Below, one piece after another: positions 24,878-35,416 of a stretch of 64,000 bases of DNA (position 1 is its first letter; every line of letters begins with the position of its first letter). Source of the DNA: an uncultured Dehalococcoidia bacterium (GTDB taxonomy: Bacteria > Chloroflexota > Dehalococcoidia > Bin125); assembly GCA_964347635.1 (NCBI GenBank), contig CAYFZI010000009.1, positions 1,039 through 65,038 on the forward strand, given 5' to 3'. The notes under the pieces were generated by a model. That model searched no databases and was not told where the DNA came from. It saw only the letters and a program-made list of their open reading frames with translations. A program made the translations under genes and the position numbers.

Positions 24878-26359
24878 CTAGCCGCCCAGCGCTGCTTGGA
24901 GCAGCCCGCTTGCCTGCTTGGGATTGGCTTGGCCGCGGCTGAGCCGCATGACCTGGCCGACCAGGAATTTGAGCGCTTCCGGCTTGCCGCTGCGGTAATC
25001 GTCGGCCGCTTGGGAGTGCTCCTCGAGCACCTGGCGGATGATCGGGCTGAGCGCGTCCTCGCCGCTGATCTGCGCGAGGCCGAGGCGCTCGACGATCGCT
25101 TCCGCGCCCCCGCCCGATTGATACATCTCGGCGAACACGTCTTTGGCCTGGGTGTTGCTGATCTTGCCGCCCTCGATCAGCTGCACCAGCGCGGCCAGCT
25201 GTGCGGGCTGCAGCGCGATCGTTTCCAGCGCGCCCCGGCGCTCGTGCATGAGCCGGTTGAGTTCGCCGACGATCCAGTTGGCGATTGCCCGCGGGGCGGC
25301 GGCGGGCGGAGCGCTGCCGAGCGCGGAGACGGCGGCTTCGAACCAGTCTGCGCGGGCCGGTTCCTCGGTCAGCAGGCCGGATTCAAAGGGCGGCAGGCCG
25401 TACTGCGTTTCAAAGCGGGCGCGGCGGGCGGCGGGCAGCTCGGGCAGCGAGCGGCGCAGCTGCTCGACGGCGGCGCGCTCGATCATCAGCGGCGGCAGGT
25501 CGGGTTCGGGGAAGTAGCGGTAGTCGTGCGCTGCTTCCTTGGAGCGCTGCGAGACGGTGCGCTGCTCATCCTCATCCCAGCCGCGCGTTTCCTGCGCGAT
25601 CGCCCCGCCGGCCTCGAGTGCCTGGGCCTGCCGCACGCTCTCGAACTCCAGCGCGCGCTGGACGCTGCGGAAGGAGTTCATGTTCTTCACTTCGACCTTC
25701 GCGCCCAGCTGCGGATCGCCGCGGCGGCGCAGCGAGATATTGGCGTCGCAGCGGAACGACCCCTTTTCCATATCGGCGCTCGAGACGCCGAGGTAGCGCA
25801 GGATCTGGCGCAGCTGGACGAGGTATTGGCGTGCCTGCCGGGGGCTGCGCATGTCGGGCTCGGAGACGATCTCCATCAGCGGCACGCCGGAGCGGTTGAC
25901 GTCGACCAGCGAGAAGCGCTCGCCGGCCTCGTTGTCGCGGTGCAGCAGGCGGGCTGTGTCCTCCTCGAGATGCACGCGGGTGATGCCGATTCGGCAGAGG
26001 CCCAAGTCTTCGCTTTCAACGTCGAGCCAGCCGGCCTCGCTGAGCGGCATGTCGTACTGCGAGATCTGGTAGCCCTTCATCAGGTCGGGGTAGGGGTAGT
26101 TCTTGCGGTCGAACTTGGAGAGCTCGGGGATGCGCATGTTGAGCGCCAGCGCGGTGCGGATCGTCCATTCGACGGCGGCGGCGTTGATCACCGGTAGGGT
26201 GCCGGGCATGCCGAGGCAGAGCGGGCAGACATAGGTGTTGGGGGCGGCGTCAGCGTAGTCGGCCGGGCAGCGGCAGAACATCTTGCTCGCGGTGCGCAGC
26301 TGGGCGTGCACCTCGAGGCCGATGACGGTTTCCCAGTCGGCGCCGGCAGTGTTGGTCAT
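24878..26359 (-). CDS. gatB: Asp-tRNA(Asn)/Glu-tRNA(Gln) amidotransferase subunit B
   Basis: 493 aa. [24 protein letters not shown]...[15 protein letters not shown] is the canonical GatB N-terminus. Confidence 0.96.
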   Translation of the reverse strand: MTNTAGADWETVIGLEVHAQLRTASKMFCRCPADYADAAPNTYVCPLCLGMPGTLPVINAAAVEWTIRTALALNMRIPELSKFDRKNYPYPDLMKGYQISQYDMPLSEAGWLDVESEDLGLCRIGITRVHLEEDTARLLHRDNEAGERFSLVDVNRSGVPLMEIVSEPDMRSPRQARQYLVQLRQILRYLGVSSADMEKGSFRCDANISLRRRGDPQLGAKVEVKNMNSFRSVQRALEFESVRQAQALEAGGAIAQETRGWDEDEQRTVSQRSKEAAHDYRYFPEPDLPPLMIERAAVEQLRRSLPELPAARRARFETQYGLPPFESGLLTEEPARADWFEAAVSALGSAPPAAAPRAIANWIVGELNRLMHERRGALETIALQPAQLAALVQLIEGGKISNTQAKDVFAEMYQSGGGAEAIVERLGLAQISGEDALSPIIRQVLEEHSQAADDYRSGKPEALKFLVGQVMRLSRGQANPKQASGLLQAALGG

Positions 26360-26365
26360 GCGGAC

Positions 26366-26371
26366 AGTCTA
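26366..26371 (-). promoter_or_regulatory. -10-like hexamer TAGACT, 6 nt upstream of gatB ATG 26359
   Basis: The complement of AGTCTA at 26366-26371 reads TAGACT. Confidence 0.4.
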
Positions 26372-26410
26372 CGACGGCCTGCGCTACGGGCGCAGAACGC
26401 ACGGCTCGGC

Positions 26411-26416
26411 TAGGCT
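26411..26416 (+). promoter_or_regulatory. -10-like hexamer TAGGCT, 6 nt upstream of the metallophosphoesterase ATG 26423
   Basis: TAGGCT-GCCCGC-ATG. Back-to-back with the gatB hexamer in a 63-nt divergent spacer. Confidence 0.35.
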
Positions 26417-26422
26417 GCCCGC

Positions 26423-27262
26423 ATGTCTATGTCTTCCACCTCTACCCGCTATGCCGCGCACGAGCGCTTGCACGGGTTGGCCGCCCCGCCCCGCCCGCTG
26501 CGCATGCTGCACACCTCCGATGTCCACCTTGGCGCCTACACCTCCGAGCCGCTGCGCGAGAACGGCGCGCTCGAGCCGGCCCTGCGCGCCTTCCAGCACG
26601 TGCTCGCGCTCGGCGCGGAGGCTGAGGCCGATCTCGTCGTGATCGCCGGCGACTTCTTCGATCACGTGCGCGTCAAGCGGCCCTACGTCGAGGCCGCCGG
26701 AGCTCTGCTCGAAGCGGCGGCGCGGCCGGTGGTGATCCTGCCCGGCAACCACGATCCGCACATGCCCGACGGCATCTACGCCAGGTTTCCTGAGGCCTTT
26801 CCCGCCAACGTGCACATCATCGCTTCCGCTGAGGGCGAGCTGATCGTGCTCGATGAGCCGGGCGTGCAGCTCTGGGGCCAGGCGCACGAGAGCTACAACG
26901 ACTTCGCGCCGGCCGCCGTCTGCCCGGCCTGGCGGCGCGACCGCGGCCGCCCCCTCTGGCGCATCGCCGTCGCCCACGGCTACTACGTCGGCACCGGCGA
27001 ATCGCGCTATTCGTACCAGATCCGCGCCTCCGACCTGGCCGCACTCGACGCCGACTACGTGGCGCTCGGCCACATCGACGTGCACGAAGGCGTGGGCGGC
27101 GGCGCGGTGCCGGCCTACTACCCGGGCGCGCCGCGCCACTCCGGCGGGGCGACGATTGTCGATCTATCCAGCGAGGGGGTGGTCGTGCGCCATGAGCTGC
27201 ACGCGGGCCACAACGAGCAGCGCGCTCAGCACGCCGCCCCCATGTTTCCCGGCTCCGCCTGA
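26423..27262 (+). CDS. metallophosphoesterase (calcineurin-like, SbcD/Mre11-type fold)
   Basis: Motifs LHTSDVHLG, VVIAGDFFDH and LPGNHD. A start at 26423 or a few codons downstream is possible. Confidence 0.8.
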   Translation: MSMSSTSTRYAAHERLHGLAAPPRPLRMLHTSDVHLGAYTSEPLRENGALEPALRAFQHVLALGAEAEADLVVIAGDFFDHVRVKRPYVEAAGALLEAAARPVVILPGNHDPHMPDGIYARFPEAFPANVHIIASAEGELIVLDEPGVQLWGQAHESYNDFAPAAVCPAWRRDRGRPLWRIAVAHGYYVGTGESRYSYQIRASDLAALDADYVALGHIDVHEGVGGGAVPAYYPGAPRHSGGATIVDLSSEGVVVRHELHAGHNEQRAQHAAPMFPGSA

Positions 27263-27283
27263 GGAGGCCGAGGGAGGTGCAGC

Positions 27284-28273
27284 GTGGCGTTTCGCGCGTT
27301 CGTCGTGAACAAGAGCGGCAGCGATTTCAGCCTCGGCGTCGAAGCGCTGGATGAGTCGCAGCTGCCCGAGGGCGATGTCACCGTCGCTGTCGAGTGGTCC
27401 GACCTGAACTACAAGGACGGCCTCGCCTGCACCCCCAACGGGCGCGTGGTGACCAGCTATCCGATGGTGCCGGGGATCGATTTCGCGGGCACGGTGCTGG
27501 AATCGGTGGATGCCCGCTTTCGCGCCGGCGACGCCGTGATCGCGACGGGCTACGAGCTTGGTACGGGCCGCGCCGGCGGCTACGCCGAGCGGGCGCGCGT
27601 CCCGGCCGATTGGCTGGTGCACGCGCCCGAGGGGATGAGCAGCGAGGAGTCGATGGCGCTGGGCACGGCGGGGCTGACGGCGGCGATCTCGATCGATCGG
27701 ATCGAGCAGGCCGGCATCGGCCCCGGCGACGGCCCGGTGGTGGTGACCGGGGCAACCGGCGGGGTCGGTTCGACTGCGGTGGCGATGCTGGCCGCGCGCG
27801 GCTACAGCGTTGCGGCGAGCACGGGCAAGGCGGACGCGCACGGTTTCCTGCGCGCGCTGGGGGCTGCAGAAATCCTCGACCGCGGGGAGCTGGCCGCAGA
27901 GAGCCGGCGCCCGCTCGAACGCGAGCGCTGGGCCGCCGCAGTCGACCCGGTCGGCGGCTCGACCACCGCCTCGATCCTGCGCCAGACCAAGTACGGCGGC
28001 GTCGTCGCGCTCTCGGGGCTGACCGGCGGCGTACAGATCGGCACCAACGTGATGCCGTTCATCCTGCGCGGCGTGCAGCTGGCCGGGATTGAGTCGGTCT
28101 ACTACCCGCAGGAGCGCCGCCCGGCGCTGTGGCAGCGGATGGCGGACGATTTCGCCGCGGGCAGCCTGCTCGAGCTGGTTGAGGAACGAATCGGCCTTGA
28201 GTCGGTCGCCGATGCCGCGGCCAAGATTCTCGCCGGCGGCGTGCGCGGGCGGATCCTCGTCCAGCCCGGCTGA
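27284..28273 (+). CDS. YhdH/AcuI-family NADPH:quinone (acrylyl-CoA) oxidoreductase, MDR superfamily
   Basis: GTG 27284 after AGGGAGG. LDESQLPEGDVTVAVEWSDLNYKDGLA...YPMVPGIDFAGTV parallels the E. coli YhdH N-terminus. Confidence 0.88.
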   Translation: MAFRAFVVNKSGSDFSLGVEALDESQLPEGDVTVAVEWSDLNYKDGLACTPNGRVVTSYPMVPGIDFAGTVLESVDARFRAGDAVIATGYELGTGRAGGYAERARVPADWLVHAPEGMSSEESMALGTAGLTAAISIDRIEQAGIGPGDGPVVVTGATGGVGSTAVAMLAARGYSVAASTGKADAHGFLRALGAAEILDRGELAAESRRPLERERWAAAVDPVGGSTTASILRQTKYGGVVALSGLTGGVQIGTNVMPFILRGVQLAGIESVYYPQERRPALWQRMADDFAAGSLLELVEERIGLESVADAAAKILAGGVRGRILVQPG

Positions 28274-28320
28274 GGCTCCGACAGCGGCTGACAATTGACG
28301 ATTGAGTAGGGAGGTGAATC

Positions 28321-29238
28321 ATGAGGATCGGCATCTTCAGCGGCGCGACCGGGCCGGCGGCGCGGATCGGCGATCTGGTCGCCGATGCGCGGCAGGCGGA
28401 GGCCGAAGGCTTCGCCGCGTTTGCAATGGCGAACATCTTCTCGCACGACGCGATGGGCGCGCTGACCCTCGCTGCGGCGCAGACCGAGCGGATCGAGCTG
28501 ATGACCGCCGTCGTGCCCACCTATCCGCGCCACCCGCACGCGATGGCGCAGCAGGCCGCCACGGTGCAGGCCGCGGGCGGCGGACAGCGCTTCGTGCTCG
28601 GCATCGGCCTCTCCCACGCCGTCGTGATCGAGGGCATGTTCGGCATGTCCTTCGACCGCCCGGCGCGGCACATGCAGGAGTACCTCGATCTGCTGCTGCC
28701 GCTGCTGGCGGGAGAGCGCGTGCAATATGAGGGCGAGCAGTACCGTGGCAACCTGTTCCTCGAAGTGGCCGATGCCGAGCCGGTCTCCTGCATGCTGGCG
28801 GCGATGGGGCCGGCGATGCTGCGCCTCGCCGGCGCGCGGACGGACGGCACGATTCTGTGGATGACCGCGGCCCGCGCGGTTGAATCGCACATCGCGCCGA
28901 GAATCAACGCCGCCGCCCGCGAGGCCGGGCGGCCGGACCCGCGGATCGTGGTTGGCCTGCCGGTGATGCTGACCAACGACAACGATGCGGCCCGCGAGGC
29001 GGCGGCCGCGCAGTTCGCCAACTACGGCAACCTGCCCTCCTACCGCGGGATGCTCGATATCGAAGGCGCGGCGCACCCTGCCGATGTGGCGATCGTCGGA
29101 TCGGAAGAGGGTGTCGAGGCCGGCCTGCGGCGGCTGATCGATGCCGGCGCGACAGATTTCGGAGCGGTCACCTTCGGCAGCGAAGAGGAGTGCAGCCGCA
29201 CACGCGCGTTTCTCGCCGATCTCGCCCCCGAGCTCTAG
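28321..29238 (+). CDS. luciferase-like monooxygenase (LLM) class, probable F420-dependent oxidoreductase
   Basis: ATG after GGGAGG (28309-28314 region). MRIGIFSG...AEAEGFAAFAMANIFSHDAMGALTLAAAQTERIELMTAVVPTYPRHP is typical of the LLM/F420 family. Confidence 0.85.
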   Translation: MRIGIFSGATGPAARIGDLVADARQAEAEGFAAFAMANIFSHDAMGALTLAAAQTERIELMTAVVPTYPRHPHAMAQQAATVQAAGGGQRFVLGIGLSHAVVIEGMFGMSFDRPARHMQEYLDLLLPLLAGERVQYEGEQYRGNLFLEVADAEPVSCMLAAMGPAMLRLAGARTDGTILWMTAARAVESHIAPRINAAAREAGRPDPRIVVGLPVMLTNDNDAAREAAAAQFANYGNLPSYRGMLDIEGAAHPADVAIVGSEEGVEAGLRRLIDAGATDFGAVTFGSEEECSRTRAFLADLAPEL

Positions 29239-29407
29239 CGCCGCCTGCTTTTCCCATCTCCCCCTACACAAGCAAGTGGGGGCAAGTGGTGGGATGCTGC
29301 GGAGCGACGGGGAGGGGGAGCGCCCCGCTTCGAGCAGGCTGCCAAGCCACCCTCTGTCTCTTCGGCATCTCTCCCGCCAGTGGCGGCAGCAGCTCAGCGC
29401 CGCGGGC

Positions 29408-31633
29408 TTACTCGATGTAGTCGCGGAGGCGGGTCGCACGGGTGGGGTGGCGCAGCTTGCGCAGCGCTTTGGCTTCGATCTGGCGGATCCGTTCGCGGGT
29501 CACATCGAAGACTTTGCCGACCTCTTCGAGTGTGCGGCTGCGGCCGTCGTGGAGGCCGAAGCGGAGCTCAAGCACTTTGCGCTCGCGCGGCGAGAGCGAA
29601 TGCAGAACCGCCGTGACGGTCTCTTTGAGCAGCTGCTGGCCGGCCGCGGCGTCGGGCGCAACCATTTTTTCGTCCTCGACGAAGTCGCCCAGGTGCGAGT
29701 CTTCCTCTTCACCAATCGGCGTCTCGAGCGAGACCGGCTCCTGCGAGACCTTGACGATCTCGCGTACGCGCTGGGCATCGACGCCCATGCCGTCGCCGAT
29801 CTCCTCAAAGGTCGGCTCGCGGCCGAGTTCCTGGACGAGCCGGCGTGAGACGCGCACCTGTTTGTTGATCGTTTCGACCATGTGCACGGGGATGCGGATC
29901 GTGCGCGCCTGGTCGGCGATCGCGCGGGTGATCGCCTGGCGGATCCACCAGGTCGCGTAGGTGGAGAACTTGTAGCCCTTGCGGTAGTCGAACTTTTCGA
30001 CGGCGCGGACGAGGCCGATGTTGCCTTCCTGGATTAGGTCGAGCATCGACATGCCGCGTCCGATGTACTTTTTGGCGACGGAGACGACGAGCCGCAGGTT
30101 GGCCTCGGTGAGGCGTTTTTCGGAGAGGTAGGCGTCCTCTTTGAGGATGCCGATGTGCCGCTCGCAGCGCGGGGCGATCGTTTCCAGCCGTTCGAGCAGC
30201 GGCTCGCGCGGCGGGATCAGCTTCTCGAGCCCGTCAGCGGCGGCGATCGCGCGGCGCACAAGCCGCGGCGGCCACAGGTGGGTGACGACAGAGACCTGCA
30301 CGAGCCGCTCCTCGGCGAGCGCTTCCTCGTACTCCAGCTCAGACATCAGCACGCTGCGCAGGTCGGCGTCCATCTCGCCGTCGACGCGTTCGCGGAAGTC
30401 GGCGTCCTGGATCAGGTCGAAGAGCGGCAGCTGGTCTTTGCCGATCGCTTTGGCGACGGTGGCGATGTCGGGGAGCAGGTATTCAAGTTGGAGCAGCAGG
30501 AAGATGATGACCACGACGGCGCTGGGTGAATGGCCCTGGCGCAGCCGCCACTCCTCCTCGAAGTCGCGCAGCCAGTTGCCTTCTTCCATCTGGCGCGAGA
30601 GGTCGCGCTCGTCGGCCGCGGTGAGCAGATTGACGCGGCCAATCTCGCGCAGATACATCCGCACCGGATCGTCGATGCTCTCGGCCTCCTCGATGACCGA
30701 TTGGCGGCCGATCGCGCGCATTTCGAGCATCCGGCGGGAGTCGCCGGGGGCGGGCAGCTTGACTCCCGCGGCGGCCTGCTCCTGCTTGCCTTCGGCCGCC
30801 GCGAGCAGCGCCTGCAGGCGCTCGAGGCTTGGTTGATCGGCGTCGGGCTTGAGCGTGAAGCGGGCGACGGCCGCGTTGCTGATCTGGCGCTCCTCGTGCA
30901 TCTTCGCCTGGTTGCGGCGTTCGGCCGCTTTCTTCGGCGTGGGTGCGGCCTTGGTCGACTTCTTCGTGGTGCGCTTGGGCTGTTCGGCGAGGTTGATCGA
31001 GCGCCGCCCGGCGGGCATCGAGAACTCATCGACCGGCGCGGTCAAAGCGCGTACCCGCGCCTCGCCCTCCGATTTGGCAACCGCGCGCGGTTTGCGCTGT
31101 CCGGGCGCCTCGGCCGTGATCTGGCGATCCCGCATCTGCTCCCTGATCAGCATGCGGAGGGTGCCGACGGTGCCGTTGGTCTGGGCCACGCGCTTGCTGC
31201 GGTTGAGCAGCGCCTGCGCCGAGCCGGGCGCGGCGGCGCGGCGGCGGCGTTTTTTCGCTGCCTTCGGAGCTTGGGCCGGGGCGTCCTCGCCGCTCTTGCC
31301 GGCCTCAGCCTCAACAACGCCGTTGGCGGCGCCGTTCGCTGCAGCAGCGGGCGCAGGCTCAGCGGCCGCTGCTGCAGCCCCATTGGCGGACTCGGGGCTG
31401 GGCGCGGCAACCGTCACATTCGAGGTCTCGGGGCTGGCCGCTGCGGCTGTCTCGATAGAGGGCTCGGGGTTGGCCGCTGCGGTCGTCCCGTTGGAGGGCT
31501 CAGAGCTGGGTGCGGCGGCCGTCCCGTTAGCGGACTCCGGTTTGGGCGCTGCGGCCGGCGGCGCGGGGGCGGTTTCCGATGCGGCGGCGGGTTCCTCGCT
31601 GACGAGGCTCGGCGCGGTCGTTTGGGTGGTCAT
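29408..31633 (-). CDS. rpoD: primary RNA polymerase sigma factor (sigma-70 group 1) with about 300-aa low-complexity N-terminal extension and a region 1.2-2.1 insertion
   Basis: Contains [70 protein letters not shown] and a C-terminal region 4 ([28 protein letters not shown]). Confidence 0.96.
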   Translation of the reverse strand: MTTQTTAPSLVSEEPAAASETAPAPPAAAPKPESANGTAAAPSSEPSNGTTAAANPEPSIETAAAASPETSNVTVAAPSPESANGAAAAAAEPAPAAAANGAANGVVEAEAGKSGEDAPAQAPKAAKKRRRRAAAPGSAQALLNRSKRVAQTNGTVGTLRMLIREQMRDRQITAEAPGQRKPRAVAKSEGEARVRALTAPVDEFSMPAGRRSINLAEQPKRTTKKSTKAAPTPKKAAERRNQAKMHEERQISNAAVARFTLKPDADQPSLERLQALLAAAEGKQEQAAAGVKLPAPGDSRRMLEMRAIGRQSVIEEAESIDDPVRMYLREIGRVNLLTAADERDLSRQMEEGNWLRDFEEEWRLRQGHSPSAVVVIIFLLLQLEYLLPDIATVAKAIGKDQLPLFDLIQDADFRERVDGEMDADLRSVLMSELEYEEALAEERLVQVSVVTHLWPPRLVRRAIAAADGLEKLIPPREPLLERLETIAPRCERHIGILKEDAYLSEKRLTEANLRLVVSVAKKYIGRGMSMLDLIQEGNIGLVRAVEKFDYRKGYKFSTYATWWIRQAITRAIADQARTIRIPVHMVETINKQVRVSRRLVQELGREPTFEEIGDGMGVDAQRVREIVKVSQEPVSLETPIGEEEDSHLGDFVEDEKMVAPDAAAGQQLLKETVTAVLHSLSPRERKVLELRFGLHDGRSRTLEEVGKVFDVTRERIRQIEAKALRKLRHPTRATRLRDYIE
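31358..31540 (-). repeat. about five imperfect 36-nt (12-aa) tandem repeats in the rpoD N-terminal extension
   Basis: Units [49 protein letters not shown] and [13 protein letters not shown]. Confidence 0.7.
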
Positions 31634-33561
31634 TGCTGGCTCCCTTTCACGGCTGGCCGGACCAGCGGCTGGGCGGCGTCTCTGCGCTGGCGGTGGTGCA
31701 GCGATAACGCGTCGTCGCGGGCTTGCACGACGCGGGCGGCGGCTTCACTGAGGTCGGGGTCGAGTTCGTCGGCGCCGCCGGAGCTGACGGCGTCGGCGGC
31801 CAAGGCGACGGCGGCGCGATCGAGCTGCGCTTCGATCTGGGCGATGCCCTGGGCCTGGAGGCGGAGCGACTCGCGGGTGCGCCGAGCGGCGAGGCGTCCG
31901 ACCGCCTGGCGCGCGGCGGCGCGCGCTTCGGCGCTGCTGTAGGGCGGCAGTTCGCGCGCGGCGCCGCGCAAGTCGGCGATGCGTTCCTGCGTCGCCACGG
32001 GCAGCTCGCCCGCCCAGTCGGCGCTGTTGGGCTGAGCGAGCCGGGCGGCCAGAATTGTGCGGTCTTCAGCGTCGTCGATCAGCGCCGCTGCATCCGGGCT
32101 GCACGCTGCAAGCTCTGCAGCGGCTTCGCTGCGGCTCACGGCGAGGCGGAGCAGATACTCCTGCGCCGCGTCGGCGGCGCGGCGTTTGCCCTGTGCGGGC
32201 GGCGGCTCTGAGCCGTGCGGCGCGCTCGACGCGGCTGCGGGGCCGGTCCGGCGGGGCAGCGCGGAGACCTCGATGCGGCCGTAGGCGGCGAGGCGCTGCA
32301 GGTACTCGCCGCGCACCACGGGGTCGGCGACGGCCTGCACCAGCGGGGCCAGCTCGTTGACGAAGTTGGAGCGCCCGCGGGCGTCCTCCAGATCGTGCGT
32401 CTCGCGGCCGCGCTCGAAAAGCCAATCGAGGAACGCCGGGGCTTTCTCGACGAGCTCGGCCCAGAGCTGCGGGTCGCGCCGAATCAAGTCGTCGGGGTCG
32501 CGGCCGGCGGGCAGCTCAATGATGCGGATGTCGGCGGCCAGCTGATCCTGCCGGCGAATCAGCCCGCGGCGGTCGAGCACGGCCCGGCGCTGGACGCCCA
32601 GCCCGGCCCGCACCGTCTCGATCCCCCGCCGCGTCGCCGCCTGGCCGGCGGCGTCGGCGTCGAGCGCGAAGCGAATGTCGCGGGTCAGCGGCTTGAGCAG
32701 CGCGACCTGCGCGTCGGTCAGGGCGGTGCCCATCGAGGCGACCGTCTGCGGCGTGCCGTGCTCGTGGGCGCTGATCACGTCGGTGTAGCCCTCGACGACG
32801 ATGACATGGCCGGCGCTGCGGATCGGATCGCGGGCGAGGTCGAGGCCGTAGAGCAGCGAGCGCTTCTCGAAGAGCGGCGATTCGGGCGTGTTGACATACT
32901 TGGCCGGCTCATCGATCAGCGTCCGCCCGCCGAAGCCGACGCACTCGCCGCGGGCGTTGCGGATCGGGAAGATCAGCCGGTCGCGGAAGCGGTCGCGCGG
33001 GCCTTGCTCGGTGACGACGATGAGGCCGGCGCGCTCCAGCTCGGCGCTGCGGAAGCCGCGCGCGCTGAGGTGGCGGGTGAGCTCGTCGGGCTCTGGGCCG
33101 GCCGCGCCGAGGCCGAACTTCTGCACGCTGTCGGCGCCCAGCCCGCGCTGCGCGAGGTGTTCGCGGGCGGCGCGGCCGGCGGGCTGGTCGAGCCGGCGCC
33201 GCCACCAGGCGAGGGCGGCATCGTTGGCGGCGAGCAGCCGCTCGCGCTCCTGGTCGCGCGCCGCCGCCTCGGGGCTGCGCGGCTGCAGCGGCACGCCGGC
33301 GATCCGCGCAAGGCGCACGAGCGCTTCGCGGAACTCGACGCTTTCACGCTTCATGACCCAGCTGAAGGCGTCGCCGCCCTCGCTGCAGGCGCCGAAACAG
33401 CGCCACGTTTGGCGGCGCGGATCGACGATGAAGGAGGGGGTTTTCTCTTCGTGGAAGGGGCAGCGGGCTTTGAATATCTGGCCGCTGCGCTGCAGCGCAA
33501 CGGACTCGCCGACCAGATCGACGATGTCGATCCGGGCCTTGATCTCGTCGGTAACCGACAC
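31630..33561 (-). CDS. dnaG: DNA primase
   Basis: GTG start 33561. Zinc-binding [25 protein letters not shown] and a TOPRIM region ([11 protein letters not shown]). The stop overlaps the rpoD ATG (ATGA). Confidence 0.95.
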   Translation of the reverse strand: MSVTDEIKARIDIVDLVGESVALQRSGQIFKARCPFHEEKTPSFIVDPRRQTWRCFGACSEGGDAFSWVMKRESVEFREALVRLARIAGVPLQPRSPEAAARDQERERLLAANDAALAWWRRRLDQPAGRAAREHLAQRGLGADSVQKFGLGAAGPEPDELTRHLSARGFRSAELERAGLIVVTEQGPRDRFRDRLIFPIRNARGECVGFGGRTLIDEPAKYVNTPESPLFEKRSLLYGLDLARDPIRSAGHVIVVEGYTDVISAHEHGTPQTVASMGTALTDAQVALLKPLTRDIRFALDADAAGQAATRRGIETVRAGLGVQRRAVLDRRGLIRRQDQLAADIRIIELPAGRDPDDLIRRDPQLWAELVEKAPAFLDWLFERGRETHDLEDARGRSNFVNELAPLVQAVADPVVRGEYLQRLAAYGRIEVSALPRRTGPAAASSAPHGSEPPPAQGKRRAADAAQEYLLRLAVSRSEAAAELAACSPDAAALIDDAEDRTILAARLAQPNSADWAGELPVATQERIADLRGAARELPPYSSAEARAAARQAVGRLAARRTRESLRLQAQGIAQIEAQLDRAAVALAADAVSSGGADELDPDLSEAAARVVQARDDALSLHHRQRRDAAQPLVRPAVKGSQQ

Positions 33562-33657
33562 CGGCTACGCCCGCACAGTTGTGAGACTTATCAGGCAGGA
33601 AGGGGGCACCACTCAATCTTACCGCATTGCTGCGCAGTGAACAGTTGCGTGTTCGGG

Positions 33658-35355
33658 TCAGGGGCTGATTTCGACGCGGATCAGGTTGTTGGTTTCGTTC
33701 GATTCGGGTGTGCTGTTGTTAGGGTCGAGGACGATCACGACCGTACCGCTGTGGACGGCGGAGCCGGCGAGGATTTCGCTGCCGCGCGGCGGGAGCGGCG
33801 CGGCTGCCGCGCCGCGGGCGATCGTTTCGAGGATCTGGCCGTTCTCGGCGAGTATGTGGATGACGAACTCGTCCGATGCGGCCTCGCCGGCGTTGACGAC
33901 GGTCAGCAGCGCGTAGCCGTCGTCGGTGAAGCGCGCTTCGAGGAATGCCAGGTCGGCAAGGCGGTCGGCGGGCTCGTCGGACGGGTCGTCGGCAGGGTCG
34001 GCGGGTTCGGAGGCTTGCTGCCCGCCGTCCGGCGCTGTTTCGCCGTCCTCGGCCGCAGGCTCGCCCTCGGGGCCGCTGCTGTCCGGGCTGTCGGCCGGTG
34101 AGAGCTGCAGCTGGAAGGTGTTGTTGCTGGCGTCGGCGTCGCGCTCCGATTCGAGCGCGAGCAGGGCGTCGGTCGGCTCAGCGACGCGGACTTGCAGGGG
34201 TACGTTGGCGCGCTGCTCGGGATCGAGCGTGAGCAGCGCGCCGGCGGAGGCGAGCAGGCTGGCGTCGCGGGTGCGGATCAGCGAGAGCGCGATCTCGACC
34301 CGCTCGGCCCGGCCGCCGCCGCTGTTGATGATCGTGACCGAAATGCCCTCAGCATCTTGCCGCACGGTCAGGATCGCCAGGTCGGCCGCGCTGCTGTCGA
34401 TTGACTGCTGCGCCGCTTGCGGCTCGTCTGCCGACTCCGCCTGCGGCTCGTTGTCGGCCTGATCCGCGGCCGGCTCGCCGCTCACGACGATCCTGATCAG
34501 ATCCTCGAAGCGCTCCTGGTCCACAGTCAGCGCGACGAGCTGCAAATCGTAGGGGCCGGCCTCTGTGAACCACGCCTGGACACCGCGGACGACCTCGCGG
34601 TAAACGCCGCCCGCGGCGTCCACGTCGGGGGTGGCGGAGTAGGCCAGCTGCGAGCGGCCGAAGGATCCATCGGCCAGCACGGGCGTGACATAAAAGAGCA
34701 CGCTCGACAACGGGCCGGTGCCCGAGGTTTCGAGCTCGACATCGAAGCTTTCGCCGGAGCTGAGGTCGTAGCGGGCGCCGCTCTCGGGGCTGAGGATGCG
34801 CGCTGCGCCGTTGGTCGGCGGTGCGGCGCGGGGCGCGGCCGCGGCCTGTTCGGAGCCGCCGCCGTTCGCCCCGGCGGGCTGCGCCTGAGCGGTCGCCTGC
34901 GGCTGGGCGGCGCCGGCCTGCTGGCGCGCTTGCTGCCTTGCCTGGTCGACGCGCTGCGCGTCGTCGGTGACGTCGACGCGGATGCTGGTTTCAGGCTGCG
35001 CGCCGGCGGTGTCGGTGGCGACGATGCGCAGCGCGGCGAAGCCAAGCGCCTCGGGCGTCCAGAAGAGCACGGCGGTGTAGCGGCCCTGATCGTAATCGGC
35101 GATCGGGGTGGCCTGGGTGACGATGACGCCGTCGACGATCAGCGTGAAGATGGTGATCGGCTCGCCGCTGCGGACACTGACCTCGACTTCGAGCGGTTGG
35201 CCGAGCAGGACCGGCTGGTCGTTGATCAGGGAGACGAGGATGACGGGCTGTTCGGCGTCGGAGTCGCCGGCGAAGCGGGTCACGAGCAGGACGGCGACGA
35301 GGACGATGGCAGCGAGCGCGATCAGCACGATCAGGCTGCCGATGCGGCTTCCCAT
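33658..35355 (-). CDS. membrane-anchored extracellular protein with Ig-like / CARDB-like repeats and acidic linkers
   Basis: N-terminal anchor SLIVLIALAAIVLVAVLLV. CARDB-like terminal strands (DASNNTFQLQLSP and PESNETNNLIRVEISP). Acidic Pro/Asp/Glu linkers. Confidence 0.7.
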   Translation of the reverse strand: MGSRIGSLIVLIALAAIVLVAVLLVTRFAGDSDAEQPVILVSLINDQPVLLGQPLEVEVSVRSGEPITIFTLIVDGVIVTQATPIADYDQGRYTAVLFWTPEALGFAALRIVATDTAGAQPETSIRVDVTDDAQRVDQARQQARQQAGAAQPQATAQAQPAGANGGGSEQAAAAPRAAPPTNGAARILSPESGARYDLSSGESFDVELETSGTGPLSSVLFYVTPVLADGSFGRSQLAYSATPDVDAAGGVYREVVRGVQAWFTEAGPYDLQLVALTVDQERFEDLIRIVVSGEPAADQADNEPQAESADEPQAAQQSIDSSAADLAILTVRQDAEGISVTIINSGGGRAERVEIALSLIRTRDASLLASAGALLTLDPEQRANVPLQVRVAEPTDALLALESERDADASNNTFQLQLSPADSPDSSGPEGEPAAEDGETAPDGGQQASEPADPADDPSDEPADRLADLAFLEARFTDDGYALLTVVNAGEAASDEFVIHILAENGQILETIARGAAAAPLPPRGSEILAGSAVHSGTVVIVLDPNNSTPESNETNNLIRVEISP

Positions 35356-35416
35356 GCGCTGCTCTCGCTCTCGCCGCGGCCGCTGGGCTGCGGGCGTCAG
35401 GCGGGGCGCGCCGCTG

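Noticed and set aside
28288-28320. CTGACA / ATTGACG-ATTGAG low-GC patch upstream of the LLM oxidoreductase considered as a -35 element or operator repeat.
   Set aside because: No -10 box lies at a workable distance: the 17-nt spacing lands on the SD or the start codon. The gene has a strong GGGAGG SD and sits 47 nt after the yhdH-like gene. Co-transcription is the simpler reading.
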